From Cyanobacteriota bacterium (GTDB lineage Bacteria > Cyanobacteriota > Cyanobacteriia > Cyanobacteriales > Nostocaceae): 15,493 nucleotides of DNA. The notes under the pieces are model-generated. The model worked only from the letters and a program-made list of their open reading frames with translations. It was not told the origin of the DNA and searched no databases. The translations under genes and the position numbers were made by a program. Shown piece after piece: positions 1 through 7,047 of the stretch. Numbering within the stretch: position 1 is the first letter of the stretch; every line of letters begins with the position of its first letter. The stretch covers positions 1-15,493 of the forward strand of contig JBJOKS010000053.1 of NCBI GenBank assembly GCA_046045965.1. Direction: 5' to 3'.

Positions 1-471
1 AGCATCATAGGTGTGAGATAAATATCCTTCGCTAGTTTCGTGAATGCTGAAAGTGTTAATAGTCACAACAACTCCATGAATATGACGATGAACAAGAGTA
101 ACTACATCATTACGAACTTTATATTTATCACCTGTTGATTTTCCACCAAGGATAATTTCTACAGCACCAGTTTCGTCAGTTTCTCCATAACTAAAAGTAT
201 TTTCGCCGTGGGTTTGTTCAAAAGTGCGACGGACACGGTGAACAGCAATTTCCCAAGTTTGACTATCAATAGCTTTTTTTGCTGCTTCGTTTTCTACTTC
301 TGTAACTTCCCATTTGAGATTTGCGTCAATACGAATTTTGCCAGTGTACTCCTGTCCATCATATTTATAAGTGATATCTGCGGTGTAACCGGGGAAATTT
401 TGATCCCAAGTGTAACGGTTTTCATAAGCAGCCCGGAAAAGTTCTTGGGCAGAGATTTGAGTTACTGTCAT
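1..471 (-). CDS. DUF3386-family protein (partial; runs off the left edge of the window)
   Basis: Not in the ORF track. Hand translation from ATG at 471 (AGAGGA RBS-like sequence upstream) gives MTVTQISAQELFRAAYENRYTWDQNFPGYTADITYKY...EIAVHRVRRTFEQTHGENTFSYG...GYLSHTYDA, open to position 1. The FRAAYENRYTWD-xFPGY start is typical of cyanobacterial DUF3386 proteins. Confidence 0.85.
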   Translation of the reverse strand, partial: MTVTQISAQELFRAAYENRYTWDQNFPGYTADITYKYDGQEYTGKIRIDANLKWEVTEVENEAAKKAIDSQTWEIAVHRVRRTFEQTHGENTFSYGETDETGAVEIILGGKSTGDKYKVRNDVVTLVHRHIHGVVVTINTFSIHETSEGYLSHTYDA

Positions 472-553
472 GATGCTTGTCCTCTGGCTACGAGTGATAA
501 TAGCTTTTTATCGTTGATGATATTAGGATAGAGGTAATTATCGCAGTTCGCAT

Positions 554-571
554 AGTCCCCAAATGGGTACT
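554..571. promoter_or_regulatory. 18-bp imperfect palindrome, candidate LuxR-family operator
   Basis: AGTCCCCA-AA-TGGGTACT pairs at 7 of 8 arm positions. It lies in the short divergent intergenic region just before the LuxR-type gene start; a TAATAT -10-like box for the minus-strand gene is at 520-525. Confidence 0.45.
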
Positions 572-574
572 CTT

Positions 575-1246
575 ATGACTAAAACACTCCACGCCATTTT
601 TGAAGCGATCGCCCATGTTGAAAATGAGCAAGAATTACAACAAGCTCTGATGGATACCATTGGCGAGCATTTTGGCGTGCAACATTGGGGTATTTCTTTT
701 CTCGATCACGAGTTATTAACATCAGTAGAAATTCCCGAAATTCCTGCGGTTTGCTTGGAAGCTAACCCGGTCGGAAGTTATGTTTTAGAACGTCATGCAC
801 CCACCCATGAACAATTAATTTTATCCCCAGAAGATTGGAAAAATTTTTGCACCCGTCATGAACACGTAATGACTGGACCTATAGTTTGTGATGGTCGGTT
901 AGTAGGGACTTTAAATTTTGCCCGTGACCCTGGAAACTCTGCTTTTAATGCTAATGATTTAGCTGATTTAAGTGCTTTATGTATTCACTTATCAGCAAAA
1001 ATTGCTACTCTCCGCGCTAAGTTGAAAACTGCTAAACCTGCTGTTGAATGTCCCCTCACAGCTAGGGAATTAGAAATTGCGGAATTAGTTGCTCAAGGTT
1101 TAACAAATGGGGAAATTGCTGTTAAACTTTGGATTACCCAAAATACAGTTAAACAAGCATTAAAAAGAATGTTTAGAAAATTGGAAGTTTCTGCGCGGGC
1201 AGAAATGGTAGCGAAACTGCAAGATAAATTCGTAATTCGTAATTAA
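575..1246 (+). CDS. GAF-domain LuxR-family transcriptional regulator
   Basis: C-terminal LuxR HTH (LTARELEIAELVAQGLTNGEIAVKLWITQNTVKQALKRMFRKLEVSARAEMV) and N-terminal GAF-like segment (GPIVCDGRLVGTLNFAR...F...DL). No receiver domain. The track starts at 563; ATG 575 (MTKTL) is preferred because 563 lies inside the palindrome. Confidence 0.9.
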   Translation: MTKTLHAIFEAIAHVENEQELQQALMDTIGEHFGVQHWGISFLDHELLTSVEIPEIPAVCLEANPVGSYVLERHAPTHEQLILSPEDWKNFCTRHEHVMTGPIVCDGRLVGTLNFARDPGNSAFNANDLADLSALCIHLSAKIATLRAKLKTAKPAVECPLTARELEIAELVAQGLTNGEIAVKLWITQNTVKQALKRMFRKLEVSARAEMVAKLQDKFVIRN

Positions 1247-1324
1247 GAATCAACCATCAGTTTCTTCATGTTAAAAATCCGTAGAAGAGAGTGGTAATTT
1301 CATTTTGAGTTAATGAATGTATTT

Positions 1325-1366
1325 CTTCCTTTGCGCCTTTGCTCCTCTGCGTCTTGGCGCGAAACC
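1325..1366 (+). repeat. Degenerate 8-mer tandem repeat (CTTTGCGC-type) ending GCGCGAAAC, copy 1
   Basis: tcttcctttgcgcctttgctcctctgcgtcttggcgcgaaac; near-identical copy at about 7508-7550. Lies between convergent genes. Confidence 0.7.
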
Positions 1367-1374
1367 CCTCAAAA

Positions 1375-2064
1375 CTACAACAAACCACGATAACGAATAA
1401 AAATCAAAACTACCGCCCAAGAACCTAACGCCACCTTCACCGCAACGATAATATTTAATATCGGCAAAATACCACCACTAAAAAGCGTTCCTAACTCCCC
1501 ATGAGGTAACTCGAAACCCGACAAAGTGATCACTGATAAAACGATAAAAACCAACACTGAAACCTTCTCCCAAATAGCTGCATGATAACGTTGGTAAATA
1601 TCCTGCATCCATTGATAGGATGAAGTAATTGCTATTAAACCTATCGCTGTTCCACCAGCTACACCCGCAGCAAAACCACCACCAGGACTTAAATGTCCTC
1701 TAATTGCTAATTCTATACCCACTAACGCCGCAATTGTCGCTCCCAACCGAGCTAAAATTATGGATGATTGATCTTTGAATTGATAAATTGTACAAGATGG
1801 ATTTTCATTAGCTAATAAAAAACTGCATCCTAAAATAGCAATGGTAAAGACAATTACTTCAAAAATCGTATCATAAAGGCGATTTCTAAATATAATTCCT
1901 GATACTGCGTTGACAACTCCACTTTCATTCACTACTTTTTCTGTAATAGACATATCTGAAATCACTTTGGGAATATCCCCTAAATGAGATGCGATATCAG
2001 GCATGAATAACATTTTGATAAATAATGCTATTCCCGCTAAAATATAAAGCCATTTCATTTTCAT
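1375..2064 (-). CDS. mrpB: Mrp/Mnh Na+/H+ antiporter subunit B
   Basis: NAVSGIIFRNRLYDTIFEVIVF and RGHLSPGGGFAAG motifs of the MnhB domain; last gene of the operon; TAATG overlap with the upstream gene. Confidence 0.9.
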   Translation of the reverse strand: MKMKWLYILAGIALFIKMLFMPDIASHLGDIPKVISDMSITEKVVNESGVVNAVSGIIFRNRLYDTIFEVIVFTIAILGCSFLLANENPSCTIYQFKDQSSIILARLGATIAALVGIELAIRGHLSPGGGFAAGVAGGTAIGLIAITSSYQWMQDIYQRYHAAIWEKVSVLVFIVLSVITLSGFELPHGELGTLFSGGILPILNIIVAVKVALGSWAVVLIFIRYRGLL

Positions 2065-2606
2065 TAATGTTTCTCCTCAGATACTGCAACATCAACATAA
2101 TTTATAACTGTGTTAGGTGATGACAGTTCACTTTCAACAATTTGATAAATACGTTTTACTCTGATTTCTGTTTGATAATTTTGCTCTAATTCATCACTCG
2201 CTAATACTGGCGCACAAGTAACATGAACTTCTTTTTCCTGTAACGCTTTTTGTAAACATTGGTGACTGTTGTAAGGTACAAGTTCTAACCGCATATAATG
2301 TTTACTGAAAATGTTGCGAAAATCATCTATCAGATTTTCTGAGATTGATTCATTTTCAATGACACCCAAACGTAAAACTAAAGAAGAACGTACAGCGATC
2401 GCATACAAAGCAACGGATAACATTGTTCCCATTAATGCTTCTGTTAAAGCTACATCTGCTGCACCTAAAACTGCATCTACTAATGCCGCGATCGCACCTA
2501 AAACACCACGCAAAATTAACGCATGATAAGGGTTAACTTGTGTGACTAACATTCCCGCAGTTAAGGGTAATAAAGCCACAATTATATATAAATAAGAATC
2601 ATTCAT
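2064..2606 (-). CDS. DUF4040-domain Mrp subunit (stand-alone MrpA C-terminal/MrpB-associated domain)
   Basis: LGAADVALTEALMGT matches the DUF4040 (A.DVALTEA.vG) motif; three hydrophobic helices followed by a soluble tail; inside the mrp operon. Confidence 0.85.
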   Translation of the reverse strand: MNDSYLYIIVALLPLTAGMLVTQVNPYHALILRGVLGAIAALVDAVLGAADVALTEALMGTMLSVALYAIAVRSSLVLRLGVIENESISENLIDDFRNIFSKHYMRLELVPYNSHQCLQKALQEKEVHVTCAPVLASDELEQNYQTEIRVKRIYQIVESELSSPNTVINYVDVAVSEEKH

Positions 2607-2889
2607 TTTCTGCCTCTATAGTTGTATCATGAGTTGAACAATAGGCGATTACATAACCCAGCATAGTATTCCAAATTGCTAAGGAAATAATCCCTAAAAC
2701 TAATAATGGCCATTCACTGGGAATTTTCAATAATAGTCCCACAATAATCAGCATTGATCCCAAAGTATCAGCAACAGAAAGGCCGTGTAATTTAAACAAT
2801 ACTGATTTGTTACTGACTAAATGAGAGGTTCCCCAAAACCAGAAAAATATTCCCACACCTATCAAGGTATAACTAATAATATTAATCAT
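2599..2889 (-). CDS. mrpG: Mrp/Mnh antiporter subunit G
   Basis: KLHGLSVADTLG motif of PhaG/MnhG; 96-aa membrane protein; operon position. Confidence 0.88.
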   Translation of the reverse strand: MINIISYTLIGVGIFFWFWGTSHLVSNKSVLFKLHGLSVADTLGSMLIIVGLLLKIPSEWPLLVLGIISLAIWNTMLGYVIAYCSTHDTTIEAENE

Positions 2890-3143
2890 ACTTCATTTAA
2901 CCTTCTCAAAATATGTGCTAATAACATAAATCCTGCATTTCCCACACTCAAAATAATTGCTCCTACTACCCCAATCATCCAATCATCTCTTGCCACAGAA
3001 ATCACTAAAATCATGATAGATACTTTACTAGAAATACTCCCCAAAGCCAACATTAACTGCCAAGTATTCTCTGTTTTCCATGCTTCATAAATGGGAATTA
3101 ATAAAGCTGCAATCATGGCTATTACAACTATTTCTAAATTCAT
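2886..3143 (-). CDS. mrpF: Mrp/Mnh antiporter subunit F-like protein
   Basis: 85-aa protein with three hydrophobic segments between mrpE and mrpG; ATGA overlap with mrpG. Assigned mainly by size and position. Confidence 0.7.
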   Translation of the reverse strand: MNLEIVVIAMIAALLIPIYEAWKTENTWQLMLALGSISSKVSIMILVISVARDDWMIGVVGAIILSVGNAGFMLLAHILRRLNEV

Positions 3144-3146
3144 AAT

Positions 3147-3527
3147 CTATTTACTCCCTGGTTTAATTAGATGCACTTCATAAAATCCTTCATCATTATG
3201 ATTTAAAACTATGGTTTTAGGTGTAAATGTAATCAGAAAAATATCCATAAACACCAACAGCGAAGAATGTTTATGTTTTACCTCTTCTTTGATAATTTCT
3301 TCTTGATGATGGGGACGTAAAATAATTTCAAATGCTTCTTTAAAAGCGACAAGAATGGCAATCAATACTTGACCTAAAACCTTTACCCATTCTGTTAATT
3401 TTGCCCTAGATGTGTAACCTCTGGGAAGTAAAAAGGCAATAATTACCCCAATAATAATATTGATGGTACTAAAATCAGAGGTGAGTAAAAACCAAATCGT
3501 TAATCTTAATATCAAATGTCCAATCAT
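3147..3527 (-). CDS. mrpE: Mrp/Mnh antiporter subunit E
   Basis: IWFLLT...IIIG N-terminus and ITFTPKTIV (ITLTPGT-like) motif. Start placed at ATG 3527, which gives an ATGA overlap with the mrpD stop, rather than 3542. Confidence 0.88.
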   Translation of the reverse strand: MIGHLILRLTIWFLLTSDFSTINIIIGVIIAFLLPRGYTSRAKLTEWVKVLGQVLIAILVAFKEAFEIILRPHHQEEIIKEEVKHKHSSLLVFMDIFLITFTPKTIVLNHNDEGFYEVHLIKPGSK

Positions 3528-4957
3528 GATAACACCATCCAAAACAAGAAGATTATAGTTAAACTCATCACACCTACTAAATGTTCAAATTCTTCAACTA
3601 CACGGGGTACATATATTGCTAATTTCTTGAAAATCAGATGATATGCTAACCAACCAATAGCAATGGTGATAATTGCTTTGATAATATCGGCAATGTTATA
3701 AGCTTTCAGATAGGCAATATTGCCCACAACTAAACCAGTAAGTAATAAAATCACGGCTGGCCAAAAACCTGGTTTTGCTGTTTGTTCATCGTCTTGTTTA
3801 TGAGGCAGAAAAATGAATTTTGCAAAAGAAATTGCTGTTCCTACTGCTGCCACATTCATGGCGATAAATTGCCAAGATGTTAAATTTTTCATGGTTAACA
3901 CCTTTGCCCCAAAACCTGCTAACAAAGGAAACCCAGAAATTGATAAACTAGCAATAACTAAAGGTATCCAAATTTTAGTATTAATGGATTTATATTGGAG
4001 TTCTTTAAAATTGCGACTGGGTAAAGAACCAGCAGTTAAAAATAAAGATGATTTTACCAGTCCATGAGTCAGGGCATAAAAGCCACCTACTGCTGGTGCT
4101 GCTAAAATAAATCCTAATTGGGATATAGTATGAAAAGCTAACATCCGTTTTGCATCTTTTTCTAAAACCGCATAGGATACACCCATTAATGCTGTCCCCA
4201 CACCCAAAATAACGACGATATTATTAAGTTCTGGAGAAACCGCAGCACATCTTAATAAAGGTAACACACTGGCTTTTACAACAATACCTGAAAGCAAGGC
4301 AGAAACGGGAGTTTCTGATTCAGAATGGGTTAAAGGTAGCCATAAACCAGAAACAAAAATCCCTGCTTTGACTAACATTCCTAAAAAGATTAATGCTACT
4401 GCTTCTGGTGGTGCATTTTTTAAACCTGCAAAACTAAAAGAGAGAGTTTTTTCATAAACTAAGACTGCACCAACGAGATAAAATAACATAGAGATATTGC
4501 TCACAAAGAGATAGCGTAAACCTACCCAAATTGAGCGATCGCTGCGAGGATAAGCAATTAATAAAAAAGCTGCAATCCCGCTAACCTCTAAAGCTACATA
4601 TAAACTGACGAAATCTGCACAGATAAAAGCAGCATTTAAACTACCATGAACAATAATAGTTTGGGCAAAGAAAAAAGCTGTTTTATCACTATTCCAACAG
4701 TAAATAATTACCGCAGCCGTAACTAGGGCATTTGTTAAAATAAAGTAGGCGCTTAACTGATCAACTACTAAAGTCACCCCAAAACTATCAAGTAAATTCA
4801 GGTTTAGAGGTGATGGTTCTAGAAATAGTTGCACTGCATAAGCAGCAGAAGCAACAGCCCCCCAAAGTGTCAAATGTCGGTTAAGTTTGGGGACTAGAAA
4901 AGTCATGAACCCTAGAAAAAATGGAATCGCAATCCAAGCAATGGTAATAGTATTCAT
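3524..4957 (-). CDS. mrpD: Mrp/Mnh antiporter subunit D (NuoM/N-like, NdhD5-type)
   Basis: DFVSLYVALEV, KAGIF...WLP..HSESETPVSALLSG, KRMLAFHTISQLGFI, THGLVKSSLFL and SLSISGFPLLAGFGAK are proton-antiporter-module motifs. Confidence 0.92.
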   Translation of the reverse strand: MNTITIAWIAIPFFLGFMTFLVPKLNRHLTLWGAVASAAYAVQLFLEPSPLNLNLLDSFGVTLVVDQLSAYFILTNALVTAAVIIYCWNSDKTAFFFAQTIIVHGSLNAAFICADFVSLYVALEVSGIAAFLLIAYPRSDRSIWVGLRYLFVSNISMLFYLVGAVLVYEKTLSFSFAGLKNAPPEAVALIFLGMLVKAGIFVSGLWLPLTHSESETPVSALLSGIVVKASVLPLLRCAAVSPELNNIVVILGVGTALMGVSYAVLEKDAKRMLAFHTISQLGFILAAPAVGGFYALTHGLVKSSLFLTAGSLPSRNFKELQYKSINTKIWIPLVIASLSISGFPLLAGFGAKVLTMKNLTSWQFIAMNVAAVGTAISFAKFIFLPHKQDDEQTAKPGFWPAVILLLTGLVVGNIAYLKAYNIADIIKAIITIAIGWLAYHLIFKKLAIYVPRVVEEFEHLVGVMSLTIIFLFWMVLS

Positions 4958-5289
4958 GGTGTGTTATTCTTCTCAATCTCGCTGCTTTCCAAAGTCGGAT
5001 TATCCTTTGCCAATTTCATGACACCAACTAGCATCAAAGCCTGAATCGAAAAACCGATGACTATCGCTGTTAAAATTACTGCTTGGGGAACAGGATCAGC
5101 GTAAGTAGCTTTTTTTACTTCTGCAATAATGGGAGTAAATAAACCCTGTCGTGATGCAATAAATACATAAAAAGCAATTACCCCGGTACTCATCACATCC
5201 ATTGAAACAATCTTCATCACCAGGTTTTTTTTCAGAATGATACCGAAAAAACCGCATAATATTGTTGCCAGTACGCACGCTTCTAACAC
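4954..5289 (-). CDS. mrpC: Mrp/Mnh antiporter subunit C
   Basis: ADPVPQAVILTAIVIG signature; GTG start; first gene of the operon. Confidence 0.93.
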   Translation of the reverse strand: MLEACVLATILCGFFGIILKKNLVMKIVSMDVMSTGVIAFYVFIASRQGLFTPIIAEVKKATYADPVPQAVILTAIVIGFSIQALMLVGVMKLAKDNPTLESSEIEKNNTP

Positions 5290-5323
5290 GGGAATTACTT
5301 ATTAAATAAGGGATAGGGGATGT

Positions 5324-5352
5324 ATCCCAGGCTTCTTTACGAAACTGGGGAT
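5324..5352. repeat. Imperfect hairpin in the mrp leader, resembling a dispersed Nostocales palindromic repeat
   Basis: ATCCCAGGCTTC-TTTAC-GAAACTGGGGAT pairs with two mismatches and one wobble. Resembles, from memory, the ATCCCCGACTTC..GAAGTCGGGGAT intergenic palindrome. Confidence 0.45.
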
Positions 5353-5383
5353 CTGGATATTAGGTTTTTTTTCAGTTGTTTAA

Positions 5384-5442
5384 AGTGCTATACTATTATT
5401 AGCACGAAAATTTAGTGCTAATTACACAAAAGCACTAAAATT
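5384..5442. promoter_or_regulatory. Phased operator-like array overlapping divergent promoters
   Basis: GTGCTA (5385-90), TAGCAC (5400-05), GTGCTA (5415-20) and AAGCAC (5430-35), each separated by exactly 9 nt. Extended -10 TGcTATACT on + (5386-5394); TAGTAT -10 on - (5390-5395). Confidence 0.7.
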
Positions 5443-5476
5443 ATCTAATGATAATCATAATTACAGTTAATGATTT

Positions 5477-6604
5477 ATGCTTTCCCTAACAGCACCAACC
5501 ACAACCAGAGACGAGAAACCTGTGAATTTCGATTTATCTACTTCTTTGCAATTAATTGGACGTTCCCTAGAATTTCAGCGTATTGTAGATATACTTGCCC
5601 AGGATGGTGATTTACTGATTACTGGAGTACCGGGAAGCGGAAGACGGACTTTAGTCAGGGTTGCAGCGCAGGAAGTTGATGCAGTGGTTTTGGAGATAGA
5701 CTGTATTCGCGCTACAGATGGGGAAAGATTTTTGCAATTACTAGCTGAAGCAATTAGTCAAAACTGGGAAGCAAAAAAAATTGCAACTTGGGTTAAACAA
5801 AGTGCAAGTGAATTTTTTATTTTTAATGCTGAAAGTAAACTTAAATTATTACATTCCCTAGATCAAAAACAGTTATGGCAAGCATTTACAATTTTGCTGA
5901 AATTATTGCAAATGATGGCTACTGATTTAGATCAACGAATAGTTTTAATTTTGCAAAGTTTCCCCCATATTCGTTCTTGGGATCGCAATAGTTTATGGGA
6001 ATCTACTTTTAGACAAGAAGTTAAAGCCAATCCTTATGTTAGTTACGTTCTACTAGCGACAATTGCCGAAACAAATCACCATCAAGATGAGCATAGCTAT
6101 TCTATAGAAACAATTCAATTAGTACCTTTATCTAAAGATGTTTTAGCGTTGTGGATCAGAGAGATTCTGCATACAAAAAACCTTAAATTTGATCCTCATT
6201 CTCAAGCATTACAAATATTTTTAGATGCGGTACAAGGAAACATTGGCGATGCGATGGCATTAATTCGTAGGTTGTCAATTTTGCAATACACGCAAGGATT
6301 AATTACTGAAGAAGAAGTAAATCAAGTAATTGACGGAATGCTAAAAGATTTATCTATAACTTATGAATCTTTATTGATGTTACTTCCATCTAGCCAAATA
6401 CATCTTTTAGAATGTTTAGCAGTTGATCCTACAGATAAACCACAGAGTAAAGAATATATTCAAAAACATGGACTTTCTAGAGGTGGAAGTTTGCAAGGTG
6501 CTTTAACTGGTTTACAACATAAAGGTTTAATTTACAGTGCTGAACAGGGTTATCGGTTAGCTTTACCCTTATTAGCTTTGTGGTTAAAACAACGGTTGAG
6601 TTAA
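5477..6604 (+). CDS. P-loop (archaeal-ATPase/AAA-like) protein with degenerate Walker motifs and putative C-terminal winged helix
   Basis: LIGRSLEFQRI then LLITGVPGSGRRTL (Walker A position), RIVLILQSFPHI (Walker B position), and C-terminal QIHLLECLA...KHGLSRGGSLQGALTGLQHKGLIY...GYRLALPLLALWL with a wHTH-like pattern. Confidence 0.8.
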   Translation: MLSLTAPTTTRDEKPVNFDLSTSLQLIGRSLEFQRIVDILAQDGDLLITGVPGSGRRTLVRVAAQEVDAVVLEIDCIRATDGERFLQLLAEAISQNWEAKKIATWVKQSASEFFIFNAESKLKLLHSLDQKQLWQAFTILLKLLQMMATDLDQRIVLILQSFPHIRSWDRNSLWESTFRQEVKANPYVSYVLLATIAETNHHQDEHSYSIETIQLVPLSKDVLALWIREILHTKNLKFDPHSQALQIFLDAVQGNIGDAMALIRRLSILQYTQGLITEEEVNQVIDGMLKDLSITYESLLMLLPSSQIHLLECLAVDPTDKPQSKEYIQKHGLSRGGSLQGALTGLQHKGLIYSAEQGYRLALPLLALWLKQRLS

Positions 6605-6614
6605 TTTACAGTTT

Positions 6615-6722
6615 CTCTTTACCAGACTCTGTATGGGAATGAACTTAACAAGATTATACCTTATTTGTAAACTAGAGTCAGAGACTCTTAAATTGTATTC
6701 CCAGTCAGAGACTGGGAACAAG
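6615..6722. mobile_element. Non-autonomous inverted REP doublet (REPIN/MITE-like) with the same ends as the RAYT unit at 10302-11101
   Basis: Right arm GAGTCagaGACTC...ATTCCCAGTCAGAGACTGGGAACAAG (6675-6722) matches 11054-11100. Left arm ctctttaccagactctgtatgggaatg...aagattatacctt (6615-6662) is a decayed copy of 10303-10350. Confidence 0.8.
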
Positions 6723-6761
6723 AAAAACAAGAAAAGTCTGCAACTGGGAACAAGAAAAAAT

Positions 6762-6771
6762 TGTGTATAAT
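6762..6771 (+). promoter_or_regulatory. Extended -10 promoter box for the toxin-antitoxin operon
   Basis: TGTGTATAAT about 35 nt upstream of the antitoxin start; AGGGAG RBS at 6794-6799. Confidence 0.6.
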
Positions 6772-6804
6772 CAAATGAGGATAATCAGAATTTAGGGAGA
6801 AAAA

Positions 6805-7044
6805 TTGACTATGCAAAGTATGACAATAAAATCTCATGTTGGTCATGATGGAATGCTACATATATCTTTACCGCAAATTCAAGATACAGATGTAGAAGTA
6901 ATCATTGTTTATCAACCAATACAGAAAACTGAAAAACCATCTCTAGCATCACTATATGGAATTTGCGCTGATGATCCTATCATCATTGATGATGAAGGTA
7001 TTTTCGACAACCTAGATGAAAAACTGAAAGGAGCATTTGATTAG
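6805..7044 (+). CDS. Putative antitoxin (VapB position)
   Basis: 79-aa protein with a beta-rich N-terminus (SHVGHDGMLHISLP...DVEVIIV) and acidic C-terminus (SLYGICADDPIIIDDEG), 3 nt upstream of a PIN gene. Start is TTG 6805 or ATG 6811. Confidence 0.75.
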   Translation: MTMQSMTIKSHVGHDGMLHISLPQIQDTDVEVIIVYQPIQKTEKPSLASLYGICADDPIIIDDEGIFDNLDEKLKGAFD

Positions 7045-7047
7045 TAA

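Noticed and set aside
208..531. 107-aa + strand ORF from the track
   Set aside because: Antisense shadow of the DUF3386-like gene on the minus strand; no recognisable motifs.
1227..1245. AATTCGT heptamer duplication at the end of the LuxR gene
   Set aside because: Only about 2.5 units of a common short tandem repeat; no sign of function.
2311..4067. Small + strand ORFs 2311-2526, 2821-3090 and 3813-4067
   Set aside because: Antisense shadows of well-supported mrp genes.
5096..5278. 60-aa minus-strand ORF
   Set aside because: Out-of-frame overlap wholly inside mrpC.
5399..5421. CIRCE element (HrcA operator)
   Set aside because: TTAGCAC and GTGCTAA are 9 nt apart rather than 13, the inner TC/GA is missing and no chaperone genes are adjacent. 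Kept as a different operator.
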